A DNA stretch of 64,000 nucleotides from Octopus vulgaris (GCA_951406725.2 OX597828.1:52080001-52144000); one strand, 5' to 3'; shown: positions 1-13,707, counted from the stretch's first letter. Program-made: numbers and translations. The notes: generated by a model from the sequence alone, not told the origin.

Positions 1-336
1 GAAATTGTCATGATTTTCCGTAAATGTTATGAATAATTCTCAACGAAATGCGTTTTTCTACGGAAAATTTAAACAACCAATCAAACCGTAGTTGAAGTCA
101 ATGGCGATTTCATTAAATAGATTTACTATTTAGTATTTCAAGATTTTATGTAATTTCTTTAAAAATATATCTGTTAAAATGAGATGTTATTTTCAATTTT
201 GCGAAATTATGACGACAGTTTATTCACCGCAGACTGCATTTTCCCAAACTCGTATATACATGCCCTTTATGCTGCACTTTGTGTAACCTTTATCTTATGC
301 AATAGTAGTGGCAACAGCAGCAGCAAAAGCAGCACC

Positions 337-393
<57 letters not shown>

Positions 394-671
394 TGTTGTT
401 GTTGTTGTTGTATATACCTAACGCTTTGTTCATCTCATGTCTGCAACTTGTAAGTCTTTCGGCTGGAGGACAGCACAACATAACATCCGCTATCGCTTTT
501 AATGGGATTATGATATGCACACACAAACACACACACTCACACACACACAGAAACATGTATAGATATACATACAGATATATATACATACATGTATATATAT
601 GTATATATATATATGCATATATAAACACACTCACATATATATGTATATATGTATATATATATATATACATA

Positions 672-737
<66 letters not shown>

Positions 738-741
738 CATA

Positions 742-778
<37 letters not shown>

Positions 779-789
779 TGTATATATTA

Positions 790-857
<68 letters not shown>

Positions 858-1249
858 TATGTATGTGTGTGTGTATATATGTGTATACATTTTCGTGAGT
901 AAATGTGCGTGGTAGTAACTGAGAGAAAACAAACTTGGTACCAGTTCTAATAGGATTGAGTGCTATTCGAACGCATTAAAGGTTTGTTACGCAGCTTTTT
1001 AATGGGGTTGGGGTGGAATAATAACCGCATCAAACAAAAACGTGTATTTCGAATTCTTATTTGTTATCAGTATCAGATACTAAAAGAGAAGTAACTTTGC
1101 ACTCACTAAGGGACAAATCTTCTGTTTTAAACATATCAATCAAAATTATTGAATGGTGGCGCACATACAGAGTAGTAATACCTTTAGATCTTACTGGTGG
1201 TTGTGGTAGTGAGAACTAATTAATTTGGTCAGCTTTGAAAAGTTTATAT

Positions 1250-1535
1250 TCTTCTACTCTAGCTTCGGGCCCACCAAAGCCTTGTGAGTGAATTTGGTAG
1301 ACGGAAACTGAAAGAAGCCCGTCGCATATATTTATGTGTATGTGCGTGTGTTTGTGTCGCTTGACAACCGATGCTGTGTTTAACGTCCCCGTTACTTAGC
1401 GGTTCGGCAATAAGAGACCGATAGAATAAGTACTAGGCTTACAAAGAATACGTCCTGGGGGTCGATTTCTCGACTAAAAGCTGTGCCCCAACATGGCCAC
1501 AGTCAAATGACTGAAACAAGTAAAAGAATAAAAGA
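1250..1535 (+). mobile_element. SINE family A (bipartite, internal microsatellite), 5'-truncated copy
   Basis: Shares GCCTTGTGAGTG.ATTTGGTAGACGGAAACTGAAAGAAGCCCGTCG, a short internal (TG)-rich spacer and the 3' part GCTTGACAACCGATG...GAGACCGATAGAATAAGTACTAGG...CAGTCAAATGACTGAAACAAGTAAAAGA with several other copies in the window. Confidence 0.85.
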
Positions 1536-1540
1536 ATATA

Positions 1541-1600
<60 letters not shown>

Positions 1601-1615
1601 CATATGCATATACAT

Positions 1616-1703
<88 letters not shown>

Positions 1704-2248
1704 ATGTGTGTGTATGTATATATACATACTTGTATACGTACATACATACATACATACGTACAAACGCATGTTCTACGTTCTCGTTTATTATCTTCGAATC
1801 GAAAATTAAGTGTTAACGATTGCCTGCGGTTCAAATATTTAAAAATTTATACATAGTAAATAAAAAATAAGCATTACAAAAAATATATATATAAGAAATA
1901 TAAAATATTAATATGATCCCCACCCCACTCGCACCGCTCGTCAGTCCTTCCCCGTTTTTTCTTTAACTTTCTTTTTAATCCCTCTTCTTCTCCTCTCTCA
2001 TCATCTCCTTACCACCTTAGTCATCTTCTCTGTTTGTCATATTAAGCCAAGCCCGCGGTGAAGTATTTTAAATCCTTTACATCAAATGCTCTTTTTGTCA
2101 TTAAACCTTAACCAAGAAATGAAAAAGAAAAAAAAAATGTCTAAAAAATCTTAGTAAATGTCTAAAAATAATTACGAATAACACGGAAAAAAAAACAGAA
2201 TAAAACAAAAGATCAAAACATCCTCGGATTTTTCCATTCATCACTCAC

Positions 2249-2282
2249 CATGTTCCTCCTCATCTCGTAAGAGCATCGTCCA
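2249..2282 (-). other. Candidate 34-nt micro-exon
   Basis: Minus strand reads ttgtgtttatttcacAG|TGGACGATGCTCTTACGAGATGAGGAGGAACATG|GTGAGT: strong acceptor and donor in unique sequence; two frames are open (WTMLLRDEEEH; GRCSYEMRRNM). Confidence 0.45.
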
Positions 2283-2363
2283 CTGTGAAATAAACACAAC
2301 CACAAAACAGACGTAAAAAACAGTGTACCAGAATCTTTAAAAGTTAGTCTCTTTCTTTCCTTT

Positions 2364-2421
<58 letters not shown>

Positions 2422-3065
2422 CGGTATTAACTTCAAGTTGGTCTTTAGGTAGTAAAACTATTGTTATCCGACTCAAAGACAATTTGACAACAACAATGGC
2501 AGATTGGCACCGGAAGCTCTAACGTATCGCTAGTGGCGGAACTTGTGTGAAATCTTCCTACTATAGACTGATATATGTGACTGAATGCCCCACGTGGGGA
2601 TTATGTGGACGAACGGAACCAGTTATGTAATCTCACATCCCCACCAGCTAAATATGGCTTAAAACCGAAAGACGAGCGATATTTCTATGGATGTATGGAT
2701 GTGCGTATACATGTACCTACGTATGTTATGTATGTGTTATGTATGTGGGTATGTACGTATGAATGAGTGCATGAATACGTATATGTGTGTGTATTTATAC
2801 ATGTATATATGTATATATGTGTGTGTGTATATATACACACACATACATACATATATATATATATATGTACATATGTATATCTTTCTCTCTGGGTGTGTGT
2901 CTCTCTGTTATATGTCCATCAGTTTCGTTATATACACGTATGCTCTATTATATTCCATAACCAATTCATATGCGCTGACTCTGCCCGTGGGAATGCTTAA
3001 CCTTATAAGTTTACTTCTAGCTCACATTTTGTCTTTTGTTCTCTCACCAACACACACACACACAT

Positions 3066-3140
<75 letters not shown>

Positions 3141-3353
3141 TACACACGCTCTCTTAACTCGCATACATGCGCATGAGCGAATAAATATATTGATGTTAAT
3201 GAAAACGCATATAAAGAAAGTAATAGAGAAGCAGACAAATAGATCGATATATTGGTGAGTGTATAGATAGATAAAAAGAGGGCGAGAGTAATAAACGTTC
3301 GGATGCATCTCTGTCTGTCTGTCACTCTGTCTGTCAGTCTGTCTCCCTCTCCC

Positions 3354-3413
<60 letters not shown>

Positions 3414-3505
3414 CCTATCTATCTATCTGTCAGTCTAACTTTCTATCTTTTTACCTCCCTAGGTAAATATATATATATGTGTGTGTGTTTGTGTATACAC
3501 ACATA

Positions 3506-3726
3506 TACACGAGGGTGTGCTGAAAAGTTCCTGGTTTTGGGGTAAAAGAAGATACAGGAGGTTCGGTTAATTATGATTTTTATCCAACATATTCTATTCC
3601 CTTCTTAGATTCACGTGCTTAGTTTAGTTCTTCTAAGTCCTGTAAAAGAACTGGGAAGGTTGGGCCTCCAACTGGGCTTTTTGCGAAACCCTTAAATCCA
3701 GAAACTTTTTAGCACCCCGTCATGTA
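3506..3726. mobile_element. Mariner-type MITE (~215 bp)
   Basis: Imperfect TIRs CACGAGGGTGTGCTGAAAAGTTCCTGG ... CCAGAAACTTTTTAGCACCCCGTCATG, flanked by TA; no coding capacity. Confidence 0.7.
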
Positions 3727-3729
3727 TAT

Positions 3730-3750
3730 AATAATAATAATAATAATAAT

Positions 3751-3782
<32 letters not shown>

Positions 3783-3805
3783 AAACAACAACAACAACAA
3801 CAATA

Positions 3806-3851
<46 letters not shown>

Positions 3852-3865
3852 TGATGATGATGATG

Positions 3866-3929
<64 letters not shown>

Positions 3930-3937
3930 TAATAATA
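3730..3937. repeat. Compound (AAT)/(AAC)/(GAT) trinucleotide microsatellite
   Basis: Directly visible. Confidence 0.95.
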
Positions 3938-4009
3938 TGGCGGAATTTTATTCCAAACTTATAGGGAAAAATTCAATTTAGAAATCCTAAATCAAATTTC
4001 ACAAAATAT

Positions 4010-4300
4010 AATATATAAATAAATTAGAAAAAAGACCACCTTTATTCAATTCAATAATGAATAATTAAATTATGCCATTTAGAAAAATTGCATATTAAGA
4101 TAAAACACATAACAATGATTAAGTTATTCTACCAGATATATACGTTTTATTTACTATTTTGCACATTACTTAATGTTTGTTATATTGTTCTATCTTATAT
4201 TTAATCTTTCTATAATATGTAATTTTGTTAAATGGTATAATTTAATTTTTCATTATTGAATTGATAAAAGGTGGTTTTCTTCTAGTTTATACATATAATT
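4010..4300. repeat. AT-rich imperfect inverted repeat (fold-back)
   Basis: AAATTAGAAAAAAGACCACCTTTATTCAATTCAATAATGAATAATTAAATTATGCCATTTA (from 4021) is the imperfect reverse complement of TAAATGGTATAATTTAATTTTTCATTATTGAATTGATAAAAGGTGGTTTTCTTCTAGTTT (to 4288); inner arms also pair. Confidence 0.75.
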
Positions 4301-4321
4301 ATATGCTTCATTATATATATA

Positions 4322-4845
4322 TGCCTGGTCAGAGGCCGACGCAGAATTGCAGAAAGTGTATGGAGAAAAGTGTATGAATCGCACACAAGTGTACAAGTGG
4401 TTCAGACGTTTCCAAGATGGCAGAAACATATCGATATTGACGCAGGTTCTGGGGGACCCGCAACCAGCAGAAGTGAGAAAAACATAATAGCTGACCGAAA
4501 GGACATTCGGGTGTCTGTCGCACAAGATCTCCTCAACGGTGTCGAGAATGATAAAAACTATTTGAAAAATTTGCGTAGGCCTCAGAGCAGGTATCGCCAA
4601 GCTTTTGGCAAAATTTGATGCAGATTCTCTGCTCAAATTTCTTTGTCATGGTCAATGCGACAATCACACGCTACACACCTTCCTTCCAAGCATTGCTGTA
4701 AACAGCGGGAGTGGGCCAGAACGTTAAAACTTAGTGCGCATGCACAGCAGAATTCTTGGTCAATTTGTACCAAGCGGCTTTATTCAGCATGCTTTTGCTT
4801 CGTTACTATGGCAACAGCCCGGATACTTATTGATTGGACCATGTA
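4322..4845. mobile_element. Degenerate mariner transposon with inverted duplication of its 5' end
   Basis: Plus 4322-4570 encodes AELQKVYGEKCMNRTQVYKWFRRFQDG..DAGSGGPATSRSEKNI..RVSVAQDLLNGVENDKNYL (mariner N-terminal HTH region, frameshifted and internally deleted). Minus from ATG 4649 encodes MTKKFEQRICIKFCQKLGDTCSEAYA. A mariner-like TIR (rc TACATGGTCCAATCAATAAGTATCCGG) lies at ~4819-4845. Confidence 0.8.
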
Positions 4846-5713
4846 TACATGGGAATAATAATTCCTTAACAGGATTATTTTAAAATATTAAGTTTCTATA
4901 GGTTCGCCTTAAAAACGGTCACCTTCTTGAGCTAGTAGGTGGTCAAGCGACTTGCAAAAACCATTATTAGATAATATATTGGTGTTACTCCTAAAAAATT
5001 GGATCGTCATATATACACGGATTTCGACTACGGGTCTGGTCTAGTAGAGTTGACTTGAAACTAAACAACATGACTTGGTCACTGAGTGTCTTATCTGTAC
5101 ACAATCTGGTCAACTTTATACGGGCATAATGTATCTAGGAATTTCCTAACAGAAGGTTCTCATTCTATAATATTTTGTTGGAGATTTGACTGTTATTCCT
5201 AAGAGATCAAACGATCGCATCGAAGCTCCATCGTTGACTCACCGACCGTCAGCAAAGAAAAATACGTGTCGGTGTGTGTGTTTTCATGGGTGTATATCTC
5301 TAAGTGTATCTTTTGTATGTATATCTGTATATATGTATGCATGTATGTATGAATGATGTATATATGTGTGTATACATATATATGCACAGCTGTATGAATG
5401 CATAAATGTAAGCATACATGTGTTCAGGCATAAGACGTATAAACATAAGAACGACCACGATATACATCTCTCCCTCTGTTCTTACTCTTTTATATATGTA
5501 AGCACACATGCACACACTAACACACACACGTACACACATGTGGACACACGCACACATAGGCATACGCTAGGAGATACACAGACGTGCCTCTATAGGAAGA
5601 AATCAGAAACACGTTTGAAAACTTGTTTTAAACGCCATAATGATCAAAAGAGTTACTGTAGGGAAAATCTGCAAGCAAAACCATGTATGTTTGAGTGTGT
5701 GTGTGTGTATGTA

Positions 5714-5753
<40 letters not shown>

Positions 5754-5763
5754 CATACACATA

Positions 5764-5799
<36 letters not shown>

Positions 5800-5803
5800 T
5801 GTG

Positions 5804-5850
<47 letters not shown>

Positions 5851-5873
5851 ATGTATGTATGTATGTATGTATG

Positions 5874-5918
<45 letters not shown>

Positions 5919-6559
5919 GTGCTTACGTATGCCTGTAGATATATTTGTATGGATGAATGTAATTGTATATATATATATATATAAACACACACACACACGC
6001 ACTCACATATAACGAGAGAGAGAGAGAGGAAAAGAGAGACATATACACATAAATGAGCACGTATACATACGTGCACAACTATAAATATAGCTAGAAATGC
6101 ATACAAATATACACGCACTCGTATATACGCGCACGCACACACGCATACACATAGACACAAACACACAAATTTTTATACACACACACCCACATGCACACAT
6201 ATATATGCACACGTTTATACACACATTCACGTATACATTCATATATATTCATTTATTTCAGATCATTCTCATACTCTTTTAATCTTATTTCTTTATGTTT
6301 GTTTTTTGGGGCGGGGCGGGGGTGGGGCTTCACGCCTATTTTATTTGAACATTTACCATTTATCGATCGTTTAAGATCGATAAACTGAAGAACAAAATGT
6401 CTTGTAGTTTTCAGTAACATTCCATTAGGTTTTGCGTTCAAATTCACAAAAGTGACACATTTTTTTCTAGATGTGAGATTCAATTCAACTGTAAAATTAA
6501 TCGTATTATCAACGAAGGAGCGGTGTATGGTAGGATCGGTGGTGCGTTGTTTAATGACT

Positions 6560-7110
6560 TGGCTTTAGGCTTTGAGAGGTGTGTCATGGAAGGGATACGT
6601 CACAAACGACAGTGCTTCTTTGCCAGAAGAATTTTTAAAGTAGAAGATCAGGAAGTGACATAGCTCTAATTTATTAAATGGTGGTGACTTTCATCCGGTC
6701 TTTGAGGCCGAGAACGGGGTGAGGCGACAACAGAGCTAGTACACCACGCACTTTTACAGAAACTAGTGCTGTGGTATATGGAAAAAAGAAACGCAAATAT
6801 TACTATCGGATGCACTGGGTACAAACGCATTTCTGGGAGAGTTAGAGCTGAGGAGATCAAGGAGGTGACTCACATCAACATATGGTTTGGTGAAGTCTGA
6901 ATAGATAAGCAGGTTCTGGTGAATCTATCTGAAGAGCTGTTGCTAATTGAGGGATTAGAAGGGAAAAGAATCAAACTTGTTGGGTAGAGCAGAAAATCCA
7001 GTTGCGACACATGTGGGAGTAAAAGCCAATTGTAAACTTTCTGTCCAGAGCAGTTACAAGAGAAAGAGAGGGAAGACGGTGATGAACCACAACTGAGACA
7101 GTAACAGTAT
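6560..7110 (+). pseudogene. Degraded gag-like/ORF1 fragment of a non-LTR retrotransposon
   Basis: 7003-7044 translate C-D-T-C-G-S-K-S-Q-L-*-T-F-C-P, a CX2CX4(H>Q)X4C knuckle preceded by KLVG*SRKS; many stops. Confidence 0.45.
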
Positions 7111-7744
7111 CACTAGACAAAAGAAAATTGCTGTTTCCTGAGCAACATCAGGTGAGAGGCTACAATCCAGAAGCACAAACGTATCGTCTGGCAATATTGC
7201 TCTTAATTTTGTATATATTTTAACATGGAAACCATTCGTATCGTTAAACGTGCTTCAGAATGGATTTAGTTGTATTCGGAGAAAATGCTCGTCACAGTAG
7301 TCATAGTAACTCAAATTCACTCCCTGGCCCTTTGAAAATAAAAAGGGGAGTTTAAAAAGGAAAACAAATAACATCACAAATAAGGAAAGAAGTGCTATTT
7401 CTAAAATAAATGAAAAATAAGTAGTAAAAATATTAACATTACTGGTGGCATCATTATCATCACCGAGAAGTCATCAACATTTTCTACAATGAAATCTAAA
7501 GGGATTTGATACAGATTAAGGGAAAGAGAAAGATATGGGTGAGATATGATCAAAAGGACAGTTGCCCACTGCTCAAATTTAATCGTGAATTGGTAAAGAC
7601 GATGGGCCATATTTCAATTTTTTAAAAGAGGGTTTTGTGTATACTCTCAAAAGAGGATATAGAAGTAGCTCTAGTCTTATATGTCGTAGAACTGGGGTAT
7701 GGCATTTGAAAACTTTGATTGGTTTTTGAGATCGATGACGGTGC

Positions 7745-8190
7745 AGATCGATCATGGCTCGTTGTCGCCTTTACGGCATAGAGAGTGCAGAGGCAGTTCT
7801 AAACAACACGTAGTTGCGTTGGGGTTTGCATGGATGTACAGGTCTTGACGACAGAAGACCATCCCTGAGTGGAAATGAATGGAAAGTTTTACTGACAGGT
7901 GATGGAGGGCGGATATCCCAGCATCTATATATGTTGTAAAGAGCATTTGATGGTTTTTGTTTGTTTGTTTGTTTTTGATGAAGACGAGAATAAAACTGGA
8001 AAAGAACCCATTTAGCAGTAGGTAGCAGCAGAGGCCGATTTAACAGAAGACGAACCCCCCAATGATGAAGACTATTCTCGATGGTGTTGCCGCTGGTCTC
8101 GCTGGGGAGCGCTTGAGCGAAATAAAAGGCAAACAAAAGAGCTTCGTTTGCGTTACCATCAGGACCAGTGGTCAAACAGACAGCGCATAA
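7745..8190 (+). pseudogene. Highly degraded RTE-like LINE ORF2 C-terminal fragment
   Basis: IMARCRLYGIESAEAVLNNT*LRWGLHGCTGLDDRRP resembles the RTE C-terminal motif (VLxRxxLxSIExxLxxxQLRWxGHVxRMxDxRLP). Confidence 0.4.
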
Positions 8191-8339
8191 AAAAAAAAAA
8201 CGGTGAACTTCCCTCGTCAGGACAGAGAGGCTGTAAGCAGCTCCGTCACGATATTGACTTGTGGGAGTGGTGAAAGGTGAGGAACCGTCCAGAAGAGTTA
8301 GAAAGAAAACATGAGGTAAAAGAAGAAAAGACACGGTAT

Positions 8340-8938
8340 TACCAATACCACCACCACCACTACCACCAGTCTGAATATCATCATCAGCACCATCACAATC
8401 ACAACCAGCAACATTATTACTAATACGATTAGCACCACCAAAATCATCATCATCATCATCATCGTCATCATCATCATCATCATCATCATCCTCATCGTCA
8501 TCGTTAACAGCATTTCCATTGGCATCCCGACCACAACGTCATTGTTGTTGCCATCATTGACAGTCATTGTTGTTGCCATCATCATCATCATGAGCATCAT
8601 CATCATAAGTATCATCATCATCATCATCATCATCATCGTCGTCGTCGTCCTCGTTGTCCTCGTCGTTGTCGTCACCATTACCGCCACCACCACTGCTGCC
8701 ACCACCACTACCACCACCAACACCTTCACCATCAACCCCCGCCACTGCTACCACCAACAACAAACAACAACACCACAACTACTACCACCACTACCACCAC
8801 AACTACTACCACCACCACCTTTAACAACATCACTATCACCACCATCATGAGCTCCAACACCACTACCAACAAAACAACACCTTCACACCCTCTTTCATTA
8901 ACACCACCACCGACACCACCACCACCACCACCACCATC

Positions 8939-8984
<46 letters not shown>

Positions 8985-9030
8985 CCATTGACGATAACAG
9001 CGATAACAACAAGAATGATAGCAACAACAG
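8340..9030. repeat. Compound (CAC)/(CAT)/(CGT)/(CAA) trinucleotide tract
   Basis: Directly visible. Confidence 0.9.
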
Positions 9031-9595
9031 CGACGCGGTGGCTGTGGTGTTTCATGTAGAAGTCGACAACACTGAGAAGAAAGCCAGAGACGGGGCCTCC
9101 AAGACAGAATCGGTAAATGGAAACGAACTGCAATTGAAGTGGTACAGCAAACAAAAAAAAAAAAAACAGAACGGCTTCTAAAAGACAAGTTGTTCTGTTA
9201 ATACGACACGACAAACACTAATCTAAAGAGAGCAGGATTAAAGCTATTAACCTTCTAAGAGATTTTTGTGGGGCGGGGGTCTTCATTTTGTCTTTGTTAT
9301 ATTTTTTAATATTTTTTTTACTCTTTTATGTCCACTAACTGTGTGTGTGTGTGTGTATACGTTTAGATATGTAAATGTGTAATGTGTTATGTGTGTGTGT
9401 GTTTAGGTGTGTTCTGCCTTTTCTGTCTATTATATGTCGATTAAAAACGAAGAAATCTGTATTTATACATCCATGAATACTTTATATATCGTTCTGTCTC
9501 ACTGTTTGTATGTTATATGAATGTGTATGCGCGTGTATGCTTAAGTATATGTGTAAGTGTGAGTGTAAGCTAGTGTGTGTACGTATCAATGAATG

Positions 9596-9644
<49 letters not shown>

Positions 9645-9743
9645 GTATGTATATATATATATGTGTGTGTGTGTGTGTATATATATATATGTGTGTGTGT
9701 GTGTGTATATATATATATGTATATATATATATATGTATGTGTG

Positions 9744-9813
<70 letters not shown>

Positions 9814-10586
9814 AAGATAGACATGCATAGATATACACATTGAATTATATAGGGGCATATATATGTAAATACAGATATGTATATGCATACATGCATACAC
9901 ACATACACACATATATATTTATACATTTATATGTACGTGCGTGTATGTGTGTATATATGTACACACACACACACACACTCACAATGTCTATCTATGCGTG
10001 TACCTATCCCTCAGATCATCTTTTATTTCCTTTCAAGTAAAACTTCCAACGGAATTTTTTTTTTTTTGCCATAATAACCCCCCACCCTATACCCACTTTG
10101 GAAAAGGAAAATAAAACAAAAAACAAAAACGAATAACAAAGCAAAAAGAAAACAAAAAGAAAACGTCAGGCGGACTAATTGAGAAATGAATGTATCTTGT
10201 ATTTTAAATAAATCTAAGGTGGATTTGATCCTCAGGTTTCAGGGTAAATATAATTCATTTTGCATTAAGACAAAAACAGAAATATATAAATAAAAAAAGG
10301 TAAAGAAAAAAAAGGAACGAATTGAAGCTAGCTATACGACTCTACACTTCGCAGGAGATTAGTAAACTAAGAGCGTCACGTGATAAACGGCCCCATAAGC
10401 CATTCCATATCGTAATTTTTGCTTTTGAAAAACAACGAAAAAATAATGCAAACTACAAATGGGATGACGTCATTATAATTCAACGGTTTGAAACCAGAAT
10501 AAAGGGCATTAATTCTGCCTAAAAATTACATATGCCACACACATGCGCACACAAGCACTAACACACAAACACACACACACACACAC

Positions 10587-10663
<77 letters not shown>

Positions 10664-10724
10664 ATTCTATCTGACTATCCCTATCTCTCTCTCACCCCAT
10701 CTTTCTCTCTCTCTCTCCCTCTCC

Positions 10725-10800
<76 letters not shown>

Positions 10801-10908
10801 GTATATATATACATAAATACACTCATATACATGTATTTATATAATTATATGGTTGTGTAAATATACATATAAAAGTCTGTGCTTATGTGTGTGTGTATGT
10901 ATATATAT

Positions 10909-10961
<53 letters not shown>

Positions 10962-10962
<1 letters not shown>

Positions 10963-11080
10963 CCGTGATCACCGTGACCGACCAGGCTATCAGATGTCAC
11001 TACACATCGCTGGTCACAATGCACTTTGCATTGTTTTAGCCTTAAAATGACGCCACCCCGCTGGCTAAGCGAGCAGGCCA

Positions 11081-11081
<1 letters not shown>
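10962..11081 (-). mobile_element. 3' tail fragment of a CORE-like SINE (same tail as 12257-12560)
   Basis: Reverse complement matches TGTGACCAGCGATGT.TA...ATCTGAT...GGTC...ACG.GATCAC at 12505-12558; flanked on both sides by (TA)n. Confidence 0.6.
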
Positions 11082-11117
<36 letters not shown>

Positions 11118-11120
<3 letters not shown>

Positions 11121-11333
11121 TCTTTTATTTCTTTCAGTCATTTGACTGCGGCCGTGCTGGAGTACCACCTTTAGTCGAACAAATCGATCCTAGGACTTAT
11201 TCTTTGTAAGCATAGTACTTATTCTAACGGTCTCTTTTGCGGAACCGCAAAGTTACGGGGAAGTAATCACACCAACATCGATTGTCAAGCGATGATGGTG
11301 GTGATGGGTGGGACAAACACTGACACACAGACG

Positions 11334-11393
<60 letters not shown>

Positions 11394-11553
11394 TACGACG
11401 GGCTTCTTTTAGTTTCTGTCTACCAAATTCACTCACAAGGCATTGGTCGGCCCGAGGCTACAGCAGAAGACACTTGCCCAAGGTGCCATGCAGTGGGACC
11501 AAATCCGGAACTATGGGGCTGGAAAGCAAGATTTTTACCATACAGCTACGCCT
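11118..11553 (-). mobile_element. SINE family A, near full-length, internal (TA)n
   Basis: tRNA-like head (rc GGCGTAGCTGTATGGTAAAAATCTTGC...), GGCACCTTGGGCAAGTGTCTTC body, (TA)n core, tail ending AAAGAAATAAAAGAA. Confidence 0.88.
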
Positions 11554-12256
11554 GTATATGTAAACGTTTTAAAAGAGCGGAAAAAATACCGCCAATGGAT
11601 GATGTTTTTTTGTTTGTTTTTACTATCATAAAAAGGAAAAGAAAAGTTGACTTCAAGTGTATTTGAACTCAGATCATAGAGAATCGTGACAAACATTGTC
11701 AGAAGATATTCTGACACATACAGTACCAACGCTAGATATTCGCCGACTACCTAATTATGTGTATATGTATGTATTATGTATGTATGTGTGTGTGTATGTA
11801 TGTATGCATGCCCCTATGTACATACATACAAGTATGCCCCTATATATGTATGCATGTCTATAAGTATGTATTACGTATGAATACAGGTATGGATGTACAT
11901 ATCGATGTATCAATGATTTTATGATTGTATCTATTTAACCCCCTTCTCTCTCTCGTTCTCTCGATATGCATACATACACACACACACACACGCACGCACA
12001 CGCACACACACATACACACACGTACACACACACACATACACACATACACGCACACATATATATATATTCGTGTATCAATGTACGTATTTTCATACGTACA
12101 CTGAAACGCTTACCATTCATCTCTGTTTGGCCGTCAGGGAAAACTTGAATAGTAAGTTATATGAGAAAGGTTAAACTATACTATCCGACTGACTGAAGTA
12201 AGACCTCACTTATCCATAGCAATATATCTATACCAACGCATCTCTTACATCTCAAG

Positions 12257-12560
12257 GTACGTGGCTTAGTGGTTAGGCGTGTTACGCACACGACAGTGAG
12301 ATGGTGAGTTCAACCTGTGACTGGCTGCACATTGTGTTCTTGAGCAAAACACTTCATTTCACTCTAGTCCAGTCCACTCAGCCATGTATGGGTAACATGG
12401 CGATGGAGTAGCCTTCTGATCAGGGCGGTGGTGGGGATAATGTAAGCCTACACGTCTAGCCAGCAGGATGACACCATTCGAAAGCTGAAGCGATGCAGAG
12501 CGTACTGTGACCAGCGATGTATAACAATATCTGATTGTCAGGTCAATTACGCGATCACTT
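12257..12560 (+). mobile_element. tRNA-derived CORE-like SINE, diverged
   Basis: A-box GTGGCTTAGTGG, B-box-like GAGTTCAAC, then TGTGTTCTTGAGCAAAACACTTCATTTCAC...CCACTCAGC shared with the copies at 13710, 17390 and 63066. Confidence 0.7.
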
Positions 12561-12659
12561 ATGTATGTATGTATCTATGTATGTATTATGTATGAATGGA
12601 TGTATGTATGTATGTATGTATAGAGTATTTGACGTGATGTGCAGGTATTGTATTTTAAG

Positions 12660-12848
12660 AAAAAGGAGGCAGTCAGAATTTTGGATAATTCTTTATGATC
12701 AGGCTGGTTTCGGGTTACTTTTGCCCATCCTCAGTGGTGGACGCTTGCCCGTTAGCTCTCTAGGTGTCCACCACTGACGATGGGCAAAAATAGTCCAAAA
12801 CCAGAGTGGGCATAAAAAATTATCCCAAATGCTGACTGCTTCCTTTTT
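12660..12848. repeat. ~190-bp palindrome whose arms carry hammerhead-like cores (Penelope-like inverted terminal relic)
   Basis: Arms ~12660-12745 and ~12762-12848 are imperfect reverse complements; minus arm CTGAGGA-T-GGG..CCC-GAAAC, plus arm CTGACGA-T-GGGC..GTCC-AAAAC. Confidence 0.7.
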
Positions 12849-13129
12849 GTATATATACATACATACATACATACACACATACATACATGCATATATATAT
12901 ATATATATATATATGTATACATATATATATACACCATGTCGCACATCTCTCCAATCAAATAACTCTGTGCGTATATCAGCATATAACGATGTGTTTATTT
13001 GTACCTGCAGATCTCACATATCTAAGTCTATACCAGTATGTCCCCTATATACATACCCACATATCTATGCCAATATATCTCACGTGTATCGCTAAACTTA
13101 TATACATTTCATCTTTTATCATTCACTTG

Positions 13130-13330
13130 TTTCATTCATTGGAATGCGGCTATGCTGGAGCCCCGCCTTGAAGGTTTTCATTTGTACGTATCGACCCCGG
13201 TGCTCATTTATATTTAAAGCCCTGTTCTTATTTTATCGGTCTGTTTTCCTAAACCTATGTTACGGGGAGGGGGCGAAAACAAATCAACATCGATTGTCAA
13301 GCCACGGCTGGAGACAAGTACAAACGCAAG
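13130..13330 (-). mobile_element. SINE family A 3' half, diverged
   Basis: GCGGCTATGCTGGAGC.CCGCCTT, CGACCCC, AACATCGATTGTCAAGC match the family A tail. Confidence 0.65.
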
Positions 13331-13336
13331 CACACA

Positions 13337-13396
<60 letters not shown>

Positions 13397-13422
13397 AACA
13401 CATATGCACACACATAAACATA

Positions 13423-13656
13423 TCTAGTTCTTTACTACCCACAAAGGGCTAAACACAGAGGGGACAAACAAGGACAGAGAAACGGATTAAGTCGATTACA
13501 TCGACCCCAGTGCGTAACTGGTACTTATTTAATCGACCCCGAAAGGATGAAAGGCAAAGTCGACCTCGGCGGAATTGGAACTCAGAACGTAACGGCAGAC
13601 GAAATACGGCAACGCATTTCGCCCGGCGTGCTAACGTTTCTGCCAGCTCGCCGCCT
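13423..13656 (-). mobile_element. SINE family C (tRNA head plus Meta/MESC-like central domain)
   Basis: rc GGCGGCGAGCTGGCAGAAACGTTAGCACGCCGGGCG...GTTCTGAGTTCCAATTCCGCCGAGGTCGACTTTGCCTTTCATCCTTTCGGGGTCGATTAAATAAGTACCAG; many copies in the window; domain name from recall. Confidence 0.88.
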
Positions 13657-13707
13657 TAACCATATCACGCTCAAGATTCTACCCGTATATCTATTTATCT
13701 ACATTGT

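Noticed and set aside
2575-2628. Possible hammerhead relic around CCCCACGTGGGG
   Set aside because: Neither CUGANGA nor GAAA core is intact
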